A stretch of 64,000 nucleotides of DNA. It comes from Chiloscyllium plagiosum. Its lineage: Eukaryota. The stretch covers positions 49,439,239-49,503,238 of the forward strand of contig NC_057718.1 in the NCBI RefSeq assembly GCF_004010195.1, given 5' to 3'. Position numbers and translations under genes: made by a program. This document shows positions 63,045-64,000 of this stretch, one piece after another (positions within the stretch are counted from its first letter, which is position 1; each line of letters starts with the position of its first letter). The notes under the pieces are model-generated. The model saw only the letters and a program-made list of their open reading frames with translations. It did no database searches and was not told the DNA's origin.

Positions 63045-63260
63045 CTGGATTAGTGGTGCTGGAAGAGCACAGCAGTTCAGGCAGCATCCAAGGAGCTTCG
63101 AAATCAACGTTTCGGGCAAACGCCCTTTATTCTGATGAAGGGCTTTTGCCCGAAACGTCGATTTCGAAGCTCCTTGGATGCTGCCTGAACTGCTGTGCTC
63201 TTCCAGCACCACTAATCCAGAATCTGGTTTCCAGTATCTGCAGTCATTGTTTTTACCTAT
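63045..63260. mobile_element. Foldback Penelope-derived element (family A)
   Basis: 88-bp arms 63043-63130 and 63135-63222 with 3 mismatches; TSD agaaagatgttt 63033-63044 / agaaatatgttt 63261-63272. Confidence 0.9.
63128..63163 (+). ncRNA. Minimal type I hammerhead ribozyme motif
   Basis: CUGAUGA (63132-63138)-A-GGGC-UUUU-GCCC-GAAA-CGUC (ends 63159); palindromic ACGU in place of stem III; stem I weak. Confidence 0.75.
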
Positions 63261-63809
63261 AGAAATATGTTTGTCAGCCCGGCTGTCAGCTGCGAGCCCC
63301 CTCTCACTCTCGGAGCACGTGTCATGATATTTTACACATTTTGTGTTACAATAGTTCAAGTGTCAAGTGTTTGTTTGTACAGCATGATTTGTTTACAGAA
63401 AACATTCCAAAATCATTATCAATTTCAGTGGTCATGATCATTCTTCCTAAGAAGGAAGATCGTTTTTCATGACTGCAGATTTGAAGTATTAACACTTGTA
63501 TTCAAGCAGTCTCAGGTAGCTAACATTTATATTGAAGATGGTGGCTGGACTCGGACAGGTCAGCAGGCAGTAGACGTTACTGATGTGTATTCTTTCCCCC
63601 ATCTGCCTTAGATCTATGCTCTGTGTCTATTGAGCTGGTATCCTGTTACCCATTGGCAGTATCTGGGTATGCTTTGCTTTATTTTTCCATGTAATGGCTC
63701 AGTGGCCATCTTGTGTGCTAAGTTACCAATTTATGGCGCAGCGGCCATCTTGTGTCTGTGTGCTCCATGTCAGCATGCCCCGTGTCAACTCCCACTTCAA
63801 AGGTGATAG

Positions 63810-63965
63810 CAGATTCAATTGTAACGTTCAGAAGGGAAATCAAATGAAGAATTGATGGGGTGAAAACACGGCAATGGAAAAGAGCAGACAGTGTGTGGCT
63901 AATTGAATATTTCTTTCAAAAAGTTGACAGAGATATGATGGGCCAAATGGTCTCCTATGTTTTTC
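63810..63965 (+). mobile_element. Old CR1 3' UTR
   Basis: gattcaattgtaacgttcagaagggaa...atgatgggccaaatggtctcct. Confidence 0.6.
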
Positions 63966-64000
63966 CAATACCTTTAAATGAAATGATCTCCCAATTGTAG

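Noticed and set aside
63703..63755. Two GGCCATCTTG YY1-like motifs
   Set aside because: Short duplicated motif with no supporting promoter or CpG-island context

Overview
Eukaryotic, AT-rich, repeat-dense DNA with no host protein-coding gene that I can recognise, so it is intronic or intergenic. The HE1-type SINEs and HER1/CR1 LINEs point to a shark genome, probably orectolobiform (inference from repeat families recalled from memory, not searched). The ORF-track entries I can assign are broken retroelement frames, and the rest look like noise. Contents: many CR1/HER1 fragments, a second CR1-group LINE family, L2 and Rex1/Babar remnants, several SINE families including a DeuSINE, Harbinger-type Myb/SANT remnants and a 38-bp minisatellite. 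The most notable items are: (i) an internally deleted FLYWCH-MULE DNA transposon with TIRs and a 9-bp TSD; (ii) about ten short Penelope-derived insertions, several with minimal hammerhead-ribozyme cores, foldback structure and 12-15 bp TSDs, one still attached to a Penelope endonuclease C-terminus; (iii) rearrangement scars, namely an inverted CR1 segment, a TTAGGG patch replacing deleted LINE sequence and a 59-bp locally templated copy. No prokaryote-type system such as CRISPR is present.
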